This document shows positions 50,675 to 62,465 of a stretch of DNA of 64,000 bases, piece after piece; position 1 is the first letter of the stretch; each line of letters opens with the position of its first letter. The notes under the pieces are model-generated. The model ran no database searches and had not been told where the DNA came from. It saw only the letters and a list, made by a program, of their open reading frames with translations. The DNA is from Desulfomonilia bacterium (GTDB lineage: Bacteria > Desulfobacterota > Desulfomonilia > UBA1062): the NCBI GenBank assembly GCA_963664325.2, contig CAXXDQ010000004.1:863693-927692 (forward strand), read 5' to 3'. A program made the translations under genes and the position numbers.

Positions 50675-51721
50675 TCATCCTGGATTTCTCCCTGCCCGAT
50701 GTTCCCTTTTTGTAATCCGATATACAAACATGTGTCTGCTGCTTGTCATGTCATTGTGGATTAGAACCCTTCTCAGGGCGAGCAGGTTTTCAGATTCATC
50801 AAGCATGCCGCGTTTAGTTGTCACTGCCAATTTAAACCCAAGTTTATTAATGGCTTGCATCAATTCATAGTTGTAGTTTCCATTTGGATAACTGAACATG
50901 TTTACAGGTCTTCTAAGTTTATCCAAAAGCGTATTTCTTGAATCCAGGATCTCTTTCGTTGCTTCTTCGATATTTGTCTGCGTAAGTATTACATGATTAT
51001 GGGAATGGGCGCCAAAGGCAATCTTATCGGAGGACATTTCATTGATTTCTGACCATGTCATCCAGGGCCTTTGCTTATTAAGAACATACAATAAAGATCC
51101 CATGCGACTATCTATCACGGCCATCAACGAATTCCTTGCTTCTTCTGTAACAAATTTCAAATAATTGATCAGTTCATCCGCAAGAATAGTCCTGTTTCCT
51201 GAACAGGTTAGTTCTTTAATACGTCTGGTCGACATTATATGATCCTGTAAAAGAATCATGTTAACAACGGCATCGACCGCATCCCTGGTGGCAGAGTGAA
51301 TATAATATGATATCCTGTCTGGCCACGCCCATATGTTTGTTCCAATGAGATTGGTGGCCAGAAAAATGGTAGCAGGAATTGAATGCTTTCTCAGAATCGG
51401 ATATGCATATTGATAATTGTCATACCATCCGTCATCAAAGGTGACGATACAGGCGTTTTTAACCCCGGGATTGTTTAATAATTCTTCAAGTGCGATCACA
51501 TTATAATACTTTTTTATATACGCCATTTGTTTGTCAAATATTCCCGTGGTCACGTACATGCCGGGCTGAATGAATCGCTTCTCTTCACTATCGGCGGGTA
51601 TGACCCGATGATATGCCAGGATAACGCTTGGTAAGCCGAAGGTATATCTCCGCGCATGCAATATGCCGGAATAGTAAAGAATACCCGTAAAAGCGCTCCT
51701 TAGAAACATAGAGAATTTCAT
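50675..51721 (-). CDS. CE4 polysaccharide deacetylase
   Basis: LAYHRV, VTFDDGWYDN, GAHSHNH, FSYPNG. Confidence 0.92.
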   Translation of the reverse strand: MKFSMFLRSAFTGILYYSGILHARRYTFGLPSVILAYHRVIPADSEEKRFIQPGMYVTTGIFDKQMAYIKKYYNVIALEELLNNPGVKNACIVTFDDGWYDNYQYAYPILRKHSIPATIFLATNLIGTNIWAWPDRISYYIHSATRDAVDAVVNMILLQDHIMSTRRIKELTCSGNRTILADELINYLKFVTEEARNSLMAVIDSRMGSLLYVLNKQRPWMTWSEINEMSSDKIAFGAHSHNHVILTQTNIEEATKEILDSRNTLLDKLRRPVNMFSYPNGNYNYELMQAINKLGFKLAVTTKRGMLDESENLLALRRVLIHNDMTSSRHMFVYRITKREHRAGRNPG

Positions 51722-51823
51722 ATACGTTCAATCCTGCAAAGGGCGCGCAATAATGATATCAAATTAAATATCATAACGGTCGAATCTGTCACAGTTGATT
51801 CCATTTCAGAACGCTATGGAATG

Positions 51824-52912
51824 CTATTTAAAAAACCATGTTACGATCCGGATAATATTACCATGTTTATTGTCCCTTAGGGACTGTTCATATTTCGATA
51901 ACAGATAATAGGTAACGCCGATGTTCATCAGTATGCCCATGTAAATTATCAGTCTGTGTGATCCGTACAGTAGATTAATAAATGAAATGGTTTTGGCGAA
52001 ATATACATGCAGGACGAAAGTCATTAAACTGTTTCTTCCAAACAGGGCTGTCCAATTTATAATATATGTTCTTCTGATGCCAGACCAGAATTTTGCAACT
52101 GTCGCATAGATAAACAACCAGAGCACCAGACCCCAGACTAATCCATACATGTTCAGAGGAAATCTCTGTATTGCTATTGAATATCTTTGCATAAAGGTTG
52201 CTATCCATGGGCAGATCGAAGTACTGTGCCTGAAGAAAAGGGCTGCTGTCACCATAATGCATGACACGATAAACAAGGCTGTTTTATGTCTTGGCATGCT
52301 TGTCCCATTTCTGAGAGCGGCTTTGCCAAGACAGCATCCGGCAGCAAAATATATCTGCCATAATACCACAGGGAAAATTGTCCTATCGCCGTAGTTGAAG
52401 AGATAGGGATTCCTTTGAGCGGTCAGGAAAAAGACTGCACTGCCCAATAATAATGCCCAATCCAGATTCCTTGAAAGGAGATATAGAAACAGGGGCGTCA
52501 GTATAAAGAGGGGTATAAACGTGGGAAGAATATGTATCAATCCTATCTGGTTTGAAAATGTGAACGACTGAAGGAGAAAGACACGTATGCTCTGGCAGTC
52601 GGCGCTTCCGCTTCTCAGCAGGAATTCCGGCAGGCTTATTGTGACTATCATGATGTATTGAATCAGTAACAACTTAACCGTACGGAGATAAATTTTTTTA
52701 ACGGTCCCCATATGGTTGCCGGCAAATTGAGGCAGATAATGCATGCCGATAATGACGCCGGATAACAGCAGGAAACCCTCCATGGCGATATCATGGTATA
52801 AGATGACCTTTGATATTATTTCAGGGAAGTTGCCCGCATAGTGCACCAGAATCATGTCAAAAATTGCTATTCCGCGCAGGACATCGATGAATATGTCACG
52901 GTCTTTATTCAT
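51824..52912 (-). CDS. OpgC-domain membrane acyl (succinyl) transferase
   Basis: RDIFIDVLRG...ILVH, EGFLLLSG, IHILPTF, WQIYF, GRNSL..F..H. Confidence 0.75.
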   Translation of the reverse strand: MNKDRDIFIDVLRGIAIFDMILVHYAGNFPEIISKVILYHDIAMEGFLLLSGVIIGMHYLPQFAGNHMGTVKKIYLRTVKLLLIQYIMIVTISLPEFLLRSGSADCQSIRVFLLQSFTFSNQIGLIHILPTFIPLFILTPLFLYLLSRNLDWALLLGSAVFFLTAQRNPYLFNYGDRTIFPVVLWQIYFAAGCCLGKAALRNGTSMPRHKTALFIVSCIMVTAALFFRHSTSICPWIATFMQRYSIAIQRFPLNMYGLVWGLVLWLFIYATVAKFWSGIRRTYIINWTALFGRNSLMTFVLHVYFAKTISFINLLYGSHRLIIYMGILMNIGVTYYLLSKYEQSLRDNKHGNIIRIVTWFFK

Positions 52913-52938
52913 GAGGTTTGTTAGTTCGTTTATATGAC

Positions 52939-54267
52939 TCAGATAATCCGGGAAGCATCGTCCTGAACGCTGTCAGTTTCCGGTGCGTTCTTGTTGAAAA
53001 AATTTTCATGATAAATATTTATGAAAAGCGTTCTATTTAAAATCAGCAGTATCCAGAACCAGCTGTAGTAGATTATGTCATAAAAGAAGGCGTTCAACAG
53101 AAAAGCCACCATGGCGATTCTTATTCCCATCACCAGTTGCTTCATTTGTAGAAGCGGCTGGGTGTTGGTGTCACCGGAGTAACTTGTTGAATTGAATCTC
53201 ATGGATGCACGGTTGGTTTTGAAAAAATCATATAAGATCATGATGAATATGATAATTCCGAAAGTCCCGAGTTCGCTTAGGATTTGGAAGTAGGCGTTAT
53301 GAAGAGCCCTGCCCCAGATCGTGTCAGTCCTGTAGTTGCCGGGATCCTTTACAAGATGAAGATATTGGCTGGCGGCTATGCCAAAATTTGACGGCCCTAC
53401 CCCGAATGCGGGATTGTCCTTGTACTCTTCCCACGCGATCGACCATAGGACTTTCCTGTCTTTTCCCGTACCGGATGAAGTGCCTTCGGATGATGTTTGC
53501 ATTTCCTTCCAAAAGGCGTTGTCAGGAAATATTATGGAGGTAGCGATAAGAATAACAATGCATGCAATTCCGATGAAGACTAGTCCTTTTATGATATTAC
53601 CAGATTTGATTAACAGATAAATAAAGGTGGCTACCAATACTAAGAAAGCCCCCCTTGCAAAGGAGATAACTACGCCAGTAATACATATACAGAGTGCGAT
53701 CAGGGCAATTGCTTTGGTCAGGCTCTTTTCCTGAACCGAAAAATAGTAGTAGCAATATGCAACCCCGATTCCCATAAGAGGACCATACGCATCTTCTTCA
53801 TTAAGGATATAATCCCATTTGATTAATCCACCTCCAATTATGCCCCAGATGCCAAGATAAAGAAACTGAAGCATAAAAAGAAACAACAGTTTATCTGTCC
53901 TGTATTTATTGCTTACAAAGCTGAATGTGATAAGGGCCAATATATAGTATTCCAGAACAAGCCTGAGCGGAACTCTGGCGCGCCCTGTGTTTTCGGCGAA
54001 TAATGAACTTATCAGCAATGAAACAAGAAAAATCGCAAACCATTTGTAATTGTATTTATCCGAATTTGAAGCGAACCAGACAAAAAGAGCTAACACCAGC
54101 AGAACTGTCGGCAGGCTTCTCAAAAACAGAAGGGAAGGGATATAAAACGAAATCAGTCTTTCAGGAAGGAAAAGCATTAAAACCCAAATCCAGTAAAGGA
54201 TTGTGAATCCTCTATCGTTTTGAGGATTCTCTCTCACCTGAATGTCTGTAAGTACCAATGGCTCCAT
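52939..54267 (-). CDS. O-antigen ligase / Wzy-like polymerase
   Basis: Polytopic; SFARGAFL, R..LWS.A, P.FGVGPSNF, LHNAYFQILSELG. Confidence 0.85.
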   Translation of the reverse strand: MEPLVLTDIQVRENPQNDRGFTILYWIWVLMLFLPERLISFYIPSLLFLRSLPTVLLVLALFVWFASNSDKYNYKWFAIFLVSLLISSLFAENTGRARVPLRLVLEYYILALITFSFVSNKYRTDKLLFLFMLQFLYLGIWGIIGGGLIKWDYILNEEDAYGPLMGIGVAYCYYYFSVQEKSLTKAIALIALCICITGVVISFARGAFLVLVATFIYLLIKSGNIIKGLVFIGIACIVILIATSIIFPDNAFWKEMQTSSEGTSSGTGKDRKVLWSIAWEEYKDNPAFGVGPSNFGIAASQYLHLVKDPGNYRTDTIWGRALHNAYFQILSELGTFGIIIFIMILYDFFKTNRASMRFNSTSYSGDTNTQPLLQMKQLVMGIRIAMVAFLLNAFFYDIIYYSWFWILLILNRTLFINIYHENFFNKNAPETDSVQDDASRII

Positions 54268-54300
54268 TTAAATATGATTTTGATGCAGTTCTGTCAGCAA

Positions 54301-55431
54301 TTACAATAATTCCTTTTTGTACAGCTTCTCGTACTTGCTTGTCATCACCCTCGCGGCAAAGTTGTTTTGAAATGCATTATCTCCATTAAGTCTGTATTTT
54401 TCGAGAATATCCGTTGAAGATAACACCCTGATGATCTCATCGGATAATGCTTTCGGGTTTTGAGGTTTTACAAGAGAGCCGTTGACGCCGTTTTTAACAG
54501 CAGACGCGTTGCCTCCGACATCCGTAGCAACAATCGGGCAACGCGCAGCCATAGCCTCAAGCAATACCATCGGAAGACCTTCCCATAGCGATGGGAGTAC
54601 ATAGAGGTCGAACAATTGCAGAAGTTCGGGTATATCGAGACGGGGACCTGCAAAGATAACATTATCGCTTACGCCTAATAAGGAGGCCTCATTCTTCAGA
54701 TCGTTTTCCAGCGGACCTTCTCCGGCGACAATAAGCGTTATGTCGGGAAATCTTTTGATCAGCTCCGGCATGGCCTGCAGGAGATAAGTCAGACCTTTCT
54801 GGCATGTCAGGCGGACTCCGAGACCGATGATCGGCCCATTGCCATGGATGCCGAGTTCGGCTCTTTTTTTCTTCTTATCAATAGCAATGTCATACTTTGA
54901 TCCGTCGATGCCGTTATGGATGGTGATGACCTTACTTGGAGATATCTTTTCATACTTTATCAGATTCTGGGAAGTGTGCTCGGACACTCCGACTACTTTG
55001 TAAACAAAATGCGACATCAACCACTCGGCGAACATATACCTTTTCTTATCCGGAAAATCCCTTGCATGATCTGTGTGGATAATGGTTTTCACTCCTGCAA
55101 GCAGACCTCCGATGACTCCGTCAATAAATGGCTGCGTATTATGAGTATGGACTATTTCTATACACTGCTGCTTTAATACCTTCGCAACATTCAGAAATGA
55201 CAAATAATCTGTTCTATCGGTTTTCTGAGGGATGCAAGAGACGTTTATTCCCAATCTTTCGATTTCCGGTGTGAACGGACCGAGTTCCCTGAGGCACAGG
55301 ACAGATACATCAAAATATTCTCTATCTATGGTTCTGCAGATGTTTACAATGACCTGCTGCAATCCGCCTATTGCAAGATCATGAGTAATCAGCATTAGAC
55401 GTTTTCGGTTCATGATTTTATCCAGATCCAT
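54301..55431 (-). CDS. GT4 glycosyltransferase
   Basis: GGLQ, IHNGID, PSLWEGLPMVLLEAMA. Confidence 0.93.
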   Translation of the reverse strand: MDLDKIMNRKRLMLITHDLAIGGLQQVIVNICRTIDREYFDVSVLCLRELGPFTPEIERLGINVSCIPQKTDRTDYLSFLNVAKVLKQQCIEIVHTHNTQPFIDGVIGGLLAGVKTIIHTDHARDFPDKKRYMFAEWLMSHFVYKVVGVSEHTSQNLIKYEKISPSKVITIHNGIDGSKYDIAIDKKKKRAELGIHGNGPIIGLGVRLTCQKGLTYLLQAMPELIKRFPDITLIVAGEGPLENDLKNEASLLGVSDNVIFAGPRLDIPELLQLFDLYVLPSLWEGLPMVLLEAMAARCPIVATDVGGNASAVKNGVNGSLVKPQNPKALSDEIIRVLSSTDILEKYRLNGDNAFQNNFAARVMTSKYEKLYKKELL

Positions 55432-55455
55432 CTGCTGCTTATTATTGTTAATTTC

Positions 55456-56613
55456 TTACCGGATGGAATTATCAGGACTGGCTTTTGAATTTTCTTCATA
55501 CATGTTCTCGATATTTTTAACCATTATATATTGGCTGAATTTGTTTTCGACTGTCATTCGGCCGTTTGCAGACAGGTTTTTTCTTAAATTTTCATCATTG
55601 TATAACCGTTCGATTTCCCGGGAAATTTCGTCAGGTTTGCCTGTCGGCACCAGTATGCCGTTTTCTCCAGTAGTGATGATTTCTCTGATCGGTGGCAGAT
55701 TTGTTGAAATAACCGGGATCTCCATGCTCATGGCCTCTATAACAACATTTCCGAACCCTTCATAAACCGCTGATAAAACAAATATGTCAAAACAGGACAT
55801 TATGTCCGGCACATCCACTCTGGCTCCGAGGAACTTCACTTTATCCGATATATTAAGAGCGTTACTCAACCGCTTTAAATTAGCATACTCAGGCCCGTCT
55901 CCGACAATGACCAGGAAGGCATTAGGGATTTTTTCCTGCAAGATTTTAAAGGCGCGCAATAAGGTTTTAAAATCCTTTTGTTTGTGAAGCCTTCCTACAG
56001 ATCCTATAACAAACGCATTGTCAGATATACCCGCATCAATTTTTGGAGATCCGACTCTTTTTCTTGAAAACCGGTCAATATCAATCCCATTATAAATTTT
56101 TACATATCTGCTTTTGGGTAGTTTCGTGAAACTCATGTCATATTCAAGAACAGCATCAGATATGCACATGATCTTTCGGCTTTTTTTCCCCAGTAATTTA
56201 TCCCAGAGCTGCTGAAGAAGGCTTCTCCCTTCAATGTTGCATATTGTAGCTATTCTTGAGTTGTTGCCTGCCATGATTGCAGCGATTCTGCCTACCGTAT
56301 TTGCATAAGGCAATTGCGTATGAACAATATCATATTTTCCTTTTTTCAGAAGATGAGCCAGCTTTAAGACAGCAAAGTAATTTATGCTCAAAGGGAATGG
56401 TCTGGAATGATCGAATACCTTGACAACAATCACATTAAAACCAAGTTTTTCAAATTCCGGGATAAGGATATTATCTTCATCATACAAGCAAAAAAAATCC
56501 AGATGGAATCTTTGTTTGTCGATATATTTCGCAACAGTCAACTGGCGGGTCTCCATGCCTCCCAGACCCAGACCGGTTATAACAACGGCTACTCTGATTT
56601 TATGATCTGTCAT
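55456..56613 (-). CDS. GT4 glycosyltransferase
   Basis: GGME, VGRLHKQK, EGFGNVVIEAMS. Confidence 0.93.
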   Translation of the reverse strand: MTDHKIRVAVVITGLGLGGMETRQLTVAKYIDKQRFHLDFFCLYDEDNILIPEFEKLGFNVIVVKVFDHSRPFPLSINYFAVLKLAHLLKKGKYDIVHTQLPYANTVGRIAAIMAGNNSRIATICNIEGRSLLQQLWDKLLGKKSRKIMCISDAVLEYDMSFTKLPKSRYVKIYNGIDIDRFSRKRVGSPKIDAGISDNAFVIGSVGRLHKQKDFKTLLRAFKILQEKIPNAFLVIVGDGPEYANLKRLSNALNISDKVKFLGARVDVPDIMSCFDIFVLSAVYEGFGNVVIEAMSMEIPVISTNLPPIREIITTGENGILVPTGKPDEISREIERLYNDENLRKNLSANGRMTVENKFSQYIMVKNIENMYEENSKASPDNSIR

Positions 56614-56635
56614 TATTGATTCTCCGAAGAATAAG

Positions 56636-57184
56636 CTATGTTATTCCAAAATGACGTTTTACCAAGTTGTCTTTTTCTTCTATGGTTAACAGTTTGGTAT
56701 CAAGACGGTTTTTGTTTGAAAGCAGAAATTTTTGCATCATGCTGGTTTTCATGACAACTTTTGCCGGGTTTCCGAGCACAACGGAGTCGTCGGGAATCTT
56801 GCCCCTTACAACCGCTCCGGCCCCCAATATGCAGTTAGAGCCGATCTCGGTATTTGGCAGGATTATGCAGTTGATTCCAATGAAGGTGTTTGACCCGACT
56901 TTAATTTTGCCGAATACCCCGATGTCCGGATAACTGTCTCTTAAGAGCCAGACTGACCCGTCATGTGTTATGAACTGCGTGCCGGACGAAATTACTACGT
57001 GATCTCCGATTTCAATAAGATAGGGTTCGGTTGAAAATTCCATTGAAAAAATAAGACAGTCTTTTCCTATTTTAACGCCCCATGATCTCGCTTTTTCCAG
57101 ACGCCACTTAAAGACGTCCTTCTTGTAAAGAGTACGCCAGTAGATGCTTGCCTTTACCCTTTTTACAAAGCAATCGAATATCAT
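56636..57184 (-). CDS. Hexapeptide-repeat O-acyltransferase
   Basis: EPYLIEIGD, ITHDG, GAGAVV, GNPAK. Confidence 0.88.
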   Translation of the reverse strand: MIFDCFVKRVKASIYWRTLYKKDVFKWRLEKARSWGVKIGKDCLIFSMEFSTEPYLIEIGDHVVISSGTQFITHDGSVWLLRDSYPDIGVFGKIKVGSNTFIGINCIILPNTEIGSNCILGAGAVVRGKIPDDSVVLGNPAKVVMKTSMMQKFLLSNKNRLDTKLLTIEEKDNLVKRHFGIT

Positions 57185-57200
57185 AATTCTACCCCTGTAT

Positions 57201-58680
57201 TTATTTCTTGGAAAAGCCTCTTAAAAAATCAACCGGATGAACAATCGCATCTTTTAATATTTGTTTTTCTTTAATATTAAATATCGGAAGTATTAAAATG
57301 CTGATTATGAAGATAACAAAAAACGTTGAATCCAATGCAAGGGACAGTAAAAGACCGTAATGTTTAAAGGACATGGAAAATCCATATATAACCGCTCCTA
57401 CAGCGAGCATTGAAAGTGTTCTTGTCCACGGCAGACGCAAATGGAAATATTTTTGAGAAAAGTAATACACCAGTCCGAATCTTACAATAAAACCGATAAT
57501 AGTCGCCAATGCAGCACCGTATCCCTTTAACGGCGGGATCAGAATAAAGCTGAAAACTATTATCGAAGCCGCTGCGGCGATTATGCTCCAGGCCAGATAT
57601 TGTGTTTTTCCGCTATAATAAATGCCGAAATTGCAGAATGCAGTCCATATCTGAATAATATATGCCAGCATTATTAAAGGAACAATCTTGTAGGCGTCCC
57701 AGAAATTACTTTCAGACATTATCCTGAAGAAATCATAGGAGAACAGACAGATCAGAAGTCCGCAGCTTATGGTTACAATATTCATTAATAGAAAAACATT
57801 GCTGTTTATCTCCTGCACGTCGGGTCTTCTGGCAATTTCAAAACGCTTGGGGCCCCAGACATTAAAGATCGGCTGTGCTGCAAAAACCCAGAGCACAAAG
57901 CCGAGTTTGTATCCCAGAGAATAAATACCGACCTCGGCTAAGGTTGAATATGCCTTGAGGAAGTACCTGTCTGAAAAGGTCAGAATGAAATCCCCCAGGT
58001 TGGAAATAATCAAAGGGGCTCCGAAGACCATTATTGAAACCGCCAGTTTTTTTGGAAAACCTGAACCCTACGGTCTTGAAAGTGTATGTTATCAGCCAGA
58101 TGCCGATAATCAGCGATGAAACAAGAGTGCTGTACAATACGCCCTGAATGCTCATCTGCTTGATAACAACAAAATAAATATTAAGAGAAAGCTGAAGAGC
58201 CAGTTTAATGGTTGTTATCAGGACAAAGAAAACCGGCTTTTCCTGAGCCCTTATAAAAATAAGCGGTATTTCTATGAAGGCCTGGAAAAAAAAGCACATG
58301 AAAATTAGCCTGAAATAGAACAAGTCTTCATTGCTTCCCCCGAGGATCAATCTTGAGAGCTCTGGCGAGGACAGGTATCCTATGCTGCTTGTAATGAAAT
58401 ACAGCAATATGAGCAGAATCGAGACTGTCGATATAACGCTGTTGCGTCCCTTTTCATCCTCATATTTGTAGTAAAAGCGGTAAACGGCGGTGGATAAGCC
58501 GACGCCCGCTATTATTGAAATAACATCTATCGTCATAGTCAGCAATTCTACTGTCCCGTAGTCGGCAGGAGTGAGGCAGCGCGTATAAATGGGTATCATT
58601 ATGAAACTGACTGCGCGGTTCAGGATTACACCTATTGCATATATGGCTGCCTGTTTAGCGGTATTTGTAACTTCTGACAT
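57201..58680 (-). CDS. Wzx-type polysaccharide flippase (frameshift at about 58045)
   Basis: IPIYTRCLTPADYG in the N-half; DRYFL..EVGIYSLGYK and LIPPLKGYGAALAT in the C-half. Confidence 0.85.
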
Positions 58681-58742
58681 TTTAAGGTCTCTTTTTTTTG
58701 AATTGTTTAATAACCGGGTTTCTCCTTTTTTTAATTAACAAT

Positions 58743-59435
58743 TCATGAAATCTTCTTAATGAATTTTGCCGGGGAGCCTCCGACAAGGGTCATTGGAGCC
58801 ACATCCTTTGTAACGACAGATCCGGCGGCAACAACCGCTCCTCTGCCGAGGGTGACGTTTTTTAAAATAATAGAGTTCATTCCAATCCATACATCGTCTT
58901 CAATTATGATCGGTCCCGCGTCTCTTTTCATCATCTTTCGGTTCCTGAAGTCTATGCCGTGGCTGTTGTTGTCGAATATCTTGGTCTCTTCGGCGATGAG
59001 ACAATTGCTGCCGATGCTCACCATGCACTCGACGCTGATTACGGTTCGATAATTTATTGAAGTATTGCTGCCTATTTTCAATATAGGGTTCTCGTGAAGA
59101 TTGGGGGTTACGAACCATGCCCCTTTGTTGCCGATGAAGACATTATCGCCTATGATTATCTTTCCGTTTCCGACTATAAGAGGGATATCTCCATCGCATT
59201 TTATATTTCTGCCTACGGACGTACACCGGCTTCTCAAAAGCGGTTCATAATATATTTTATTTGTCAGCATCCGCCATAGTTCCAGCCTCAATGATCTTTC
59301 CGAATACATCATCCATGCGATCTTTCGGGGGACGGGCAATTCGAAATCTATTAAATACTTGTATAAATCGTGAATTAATGAATAAAACGGAGTTGATTTC
59401 ATCCTGATACCGTCAGTGATCTTCTCAAAGATCAT
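58743..59435 (-). CDS. Hexapeptide-repeat O-acyltransferase
   Basis: DNNSH, IEDDVWIG, AAGSVVTKDV, GGSPAK. Confidence 0.9.
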   Translation of the reverse strand: MIFEKITDGIRMKSTPFYSLIHDLYKYLIDFELPVPRKIAWMMYSERSLRLELWRMLTNKIYYEPLLRSRCTSVGRNIKCDGDIPLIVGNGKIIIGDNVFIGNKGAWFVTPNLHENPILKIGSNTSINYRTVISVECMVSIGSNCLIAEETKIFDNNSHGIDFRNRKMMKRDAGPIIIEDDVWIGMNSIILKNVTLGRGAVVAAGSVVTKDVAPMTLVGGSPAKFIKKIS

Positions 59436-59447
59436 TGTACCCTCCCG

Positions 59448-60641
59448 CTATCCTTTCTTGAAAATCGAATAGTAGATTTCCTCGGTATGCTCCACATTTC
59501 TTTCCAGGCTTAAAAATTTTTCAACCCTTTCGCGTGCCTTCTTCGACATTGATTCTCTCAATGGTTTGTCCGTCAAAACCAGCCTGATCTTTTCCGAGAG
59601 GTCCGAGGGGTCTTTTGCTGAAACGAGGAAGCCTGTTTTCCCGTCCTCGATGCTTTCTATCGCACCACCGAGATTTGTTGCTATGACCACCTTGCTGAGC
59701 GACATGCCTTCGAGAATGACATGAGGAAACGGATCGGGTTCTATCGATGCATTGATCTGAACGTCCAGCGCATTTACAATATCCGGCACGTCGGACCGGT
59801 AACCCGTGAAGATAACCTTGTCCTCCAGTCCGTATGCATCAATTTTTTTAAGAAGGCGTTCCTTAAATTTCGTGTCTTCGTCAGAGTTCTTCGCTACATC
59901 GCCAACAAGCAGGCATTTGAAGTTGGCAAGCTGTTTCTGCAATATGTTAAGGCTGTCTATCAACAGCTCCTGCCCCTTCCATTCCCTTATATTACCCACC
60001 AGTCCTATGATGAACTCGTCAGCTCCTATCTTGAACTCACCCGCGATATCATCTCTCGATTTTTTTCACTCTTTGCCTGTAAGCATCGGCATCGATTCCG
60101 TCATAAACTGTTTCCACCTGTGCCGGATCGAATCCCTGCTCGATGAGGTTGTATCTTATTACATCAGATACCGTGAGCACTTTTGCAAACCGTCTGGTCA
60201 ACAAATGAAAGAACTTCAGGTTCAATTTGTCGAACCTGAAATATGTACGGTCATGAGTAATGCAGGGTATTTTCGCCATGAGGGCTGCGGGCAGCCATGT
60301 ATCATAACCCACAGCAACGGAATTGTTCAAATGTATAAGGTCGATCTTGTTCTTTCTTAGAAACAGGCAGCATCTTGCAACTGTCCGTATGCTCAAAATC
60401 AGGTTCAGGATCTTCCGGATGACCTTTATATGAAATGCTATCGGCCTGAATTTATCCATAACAATGGTGCTGCCCTCTTTGCTGAACAAATCTACAAGCT
60501 GGTTCGATTCATGAAATACAGTTACAGGTTCGAATGCATCACGGTTTGAGACGCTGAATCAGGTACAGCAGACAGTAATGAGAACCGCCGATGGTACCGT
60601 CCATGTTCTGTTCGACAAACAGTATTTTTTTTCTGTGTCAT
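59448..60641 (-). CDS. GT4 glycosyltransferase, frameshifted
   Basis: IHLNNS, VYDGID, GNIREWKGQ, DPFPHVILEGMS across fragments. Confidence 0.8.
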
Positions 60642-60665
60642 AATGAATTTCCTTGGCTATTGTTT

Positions 60666-61786
60666 TTATGCAAGCATTTCCCGGTAGAGGGAATAATATG
60701 ATTCTACCATCCTCTGCACAGAAGAGAACATTTCATTTGCTCTCCGTTTGGCATTATTTCCCATTTCCCTGATAGCATCCGGAGATTTGATCAATATTTC
60801 GAGAGCCGACACAAATGATGCTGTATTCCTGTCCTCTATCAGAAAACCGGTTTTTACTGTTTTCGATTATTTCCACCAGGCCTCCTACTGATGGTGCGAT
60901 TACAGGTAGTGAATGGCTCATCGCCTCTAAGACAGTCATTGGAATACCTTCATGTATCGAGGTATTAATGTACATATCCAGTGATGCATAAAATTCCCCG
61001 ATATTTTCAGTGTTGCCTAATAATTTGAATTTATCACCAAGCGCATATTCATCTATCCTGGTCTTGATATGTTTCATCTCGGGGCCATCTCCGGCAAGGA
61101 TGAACCTGACATTCGGATTTCTTGCGCAGACCGATCGGGCTATTTCTGTCAGCATAACGTAATCTTTTGACAGGAACAAGGCCTTCCGGCAGATCCGACA
61201 ATCAAGAAGGTGTTATTTTTTTTTCTTTTCTTCCGGGTGCTGCCCAGATTCTATCCGTTATAAAATACGGGGTTACCTTATGTACGGGCATGCCAATATC
61301 TCTAATGAGATAATCACGAAGATCGTTTGAAACGGCTGCAACCTTTGAAAAACATTTTTTCATCAGCAACCTGTTTATTATTGACACTATCTTTGAGGGC
61401 AGGGTTGCTTTTTACCTCGGATTTGCCGTGCAAGGTCGTTACCAGCCTGGGAAAACAAACAAACGGTGCTGCCGTGACGGCTAGAATATTTTCCTTATAC
61501 CTGTGTGAATGTATTATCTGCGGTTTAACATTCAACGCAATCTTCACAAGTTTGCAGGCCAGAGCAAAAGAATCCGTGTATGCTTTCATCAATAACATAA
61601 GTTTTAATGCCTGCATCAATGCACTGCTGATGAAGCCTCCCGTAGTTGAAAAGAACCAGATGAACCTGAACTCGGGGATCATTTCTTAATCCTTTGGCCA
61701 AATGATAAAACTACAGCTTCGGCTCCGCCCCAGAGATCTCCCGAAGCTATCATAAGCAAGTTTATTTTGTTTGATTCATTTGGCAT
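60666..61786 (-). CDS. GT4 glycosyltransferase, multiple frameshifts
   Basis: ASGDLWGGAE near start, HSHRYKEN, TSIHEGIPMTVLEAMS. Confidence 0.75.
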
Positions 61787-61810
61787 ATGCTGGAGGTTTT
61801 CATTTGCCGG

Positions 61811-62457
61811 TTACATTGTCGGTATATATATATACGAGGGCAGTTCAGTCTGAAAGGCATTGAGAAAACTGATAAGTTTATTTATTGCGTCGGTTTCGTT
61901 GCTCCCGGATTCAATCGGCGTCATTAATCTTATGAATGCCGCACTGGTTCGCTTGAACTTCAATCTTCTGGCAAGAACAACCCACCTTATTGCATATTGG
62001 CTGGTTGTGATTTCTCCATCAACATCAAAATAATATAAAACCAGCTGTTTCATACCGTTAAAATCAACAATCAGTTCGATTATTAAATGTTCAGAGCCGT
62101 TGATATCCGCCTTGATGACTTTTTTATCGAGTATGTTCACACCCACCCCGCCAAGACATGCTTCCGGGGCATGGAAGGCTATATTGCGGTCATCAAACCA
62201 AACAATAGAGAGGTTGACCGGTTGCTGATATTTTTCAGAATGATAATTGCGAAAGAAAAAAATATTTTGTTTCAAGGCTTTGATATACATAACCGGCCAT
62301 GGGTACGTCTTCACCTTTCCAGTCGCCTATCACCATGGGAAAAATCGAAGAACCGTTTGTTCTCTAGAGGCAGTTCATAACTTATCTTGGCTATGAAACC
62401 AGCAGAAAGGACAGTCAGTCCTATGACGACAAGAAATCTAGCCAGGGTTTTCTTCAT
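61811..62457 (-). CDS. EpsI-family exosortase-associated protein (frameshift at about 62330)
   Basis: FHAPEACLGGVG, LVLYYF, AAFIRL; directly downstream of the exosortase. Confidence 0.8.
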
Positions 62458-62465
62458 TTTCAATC

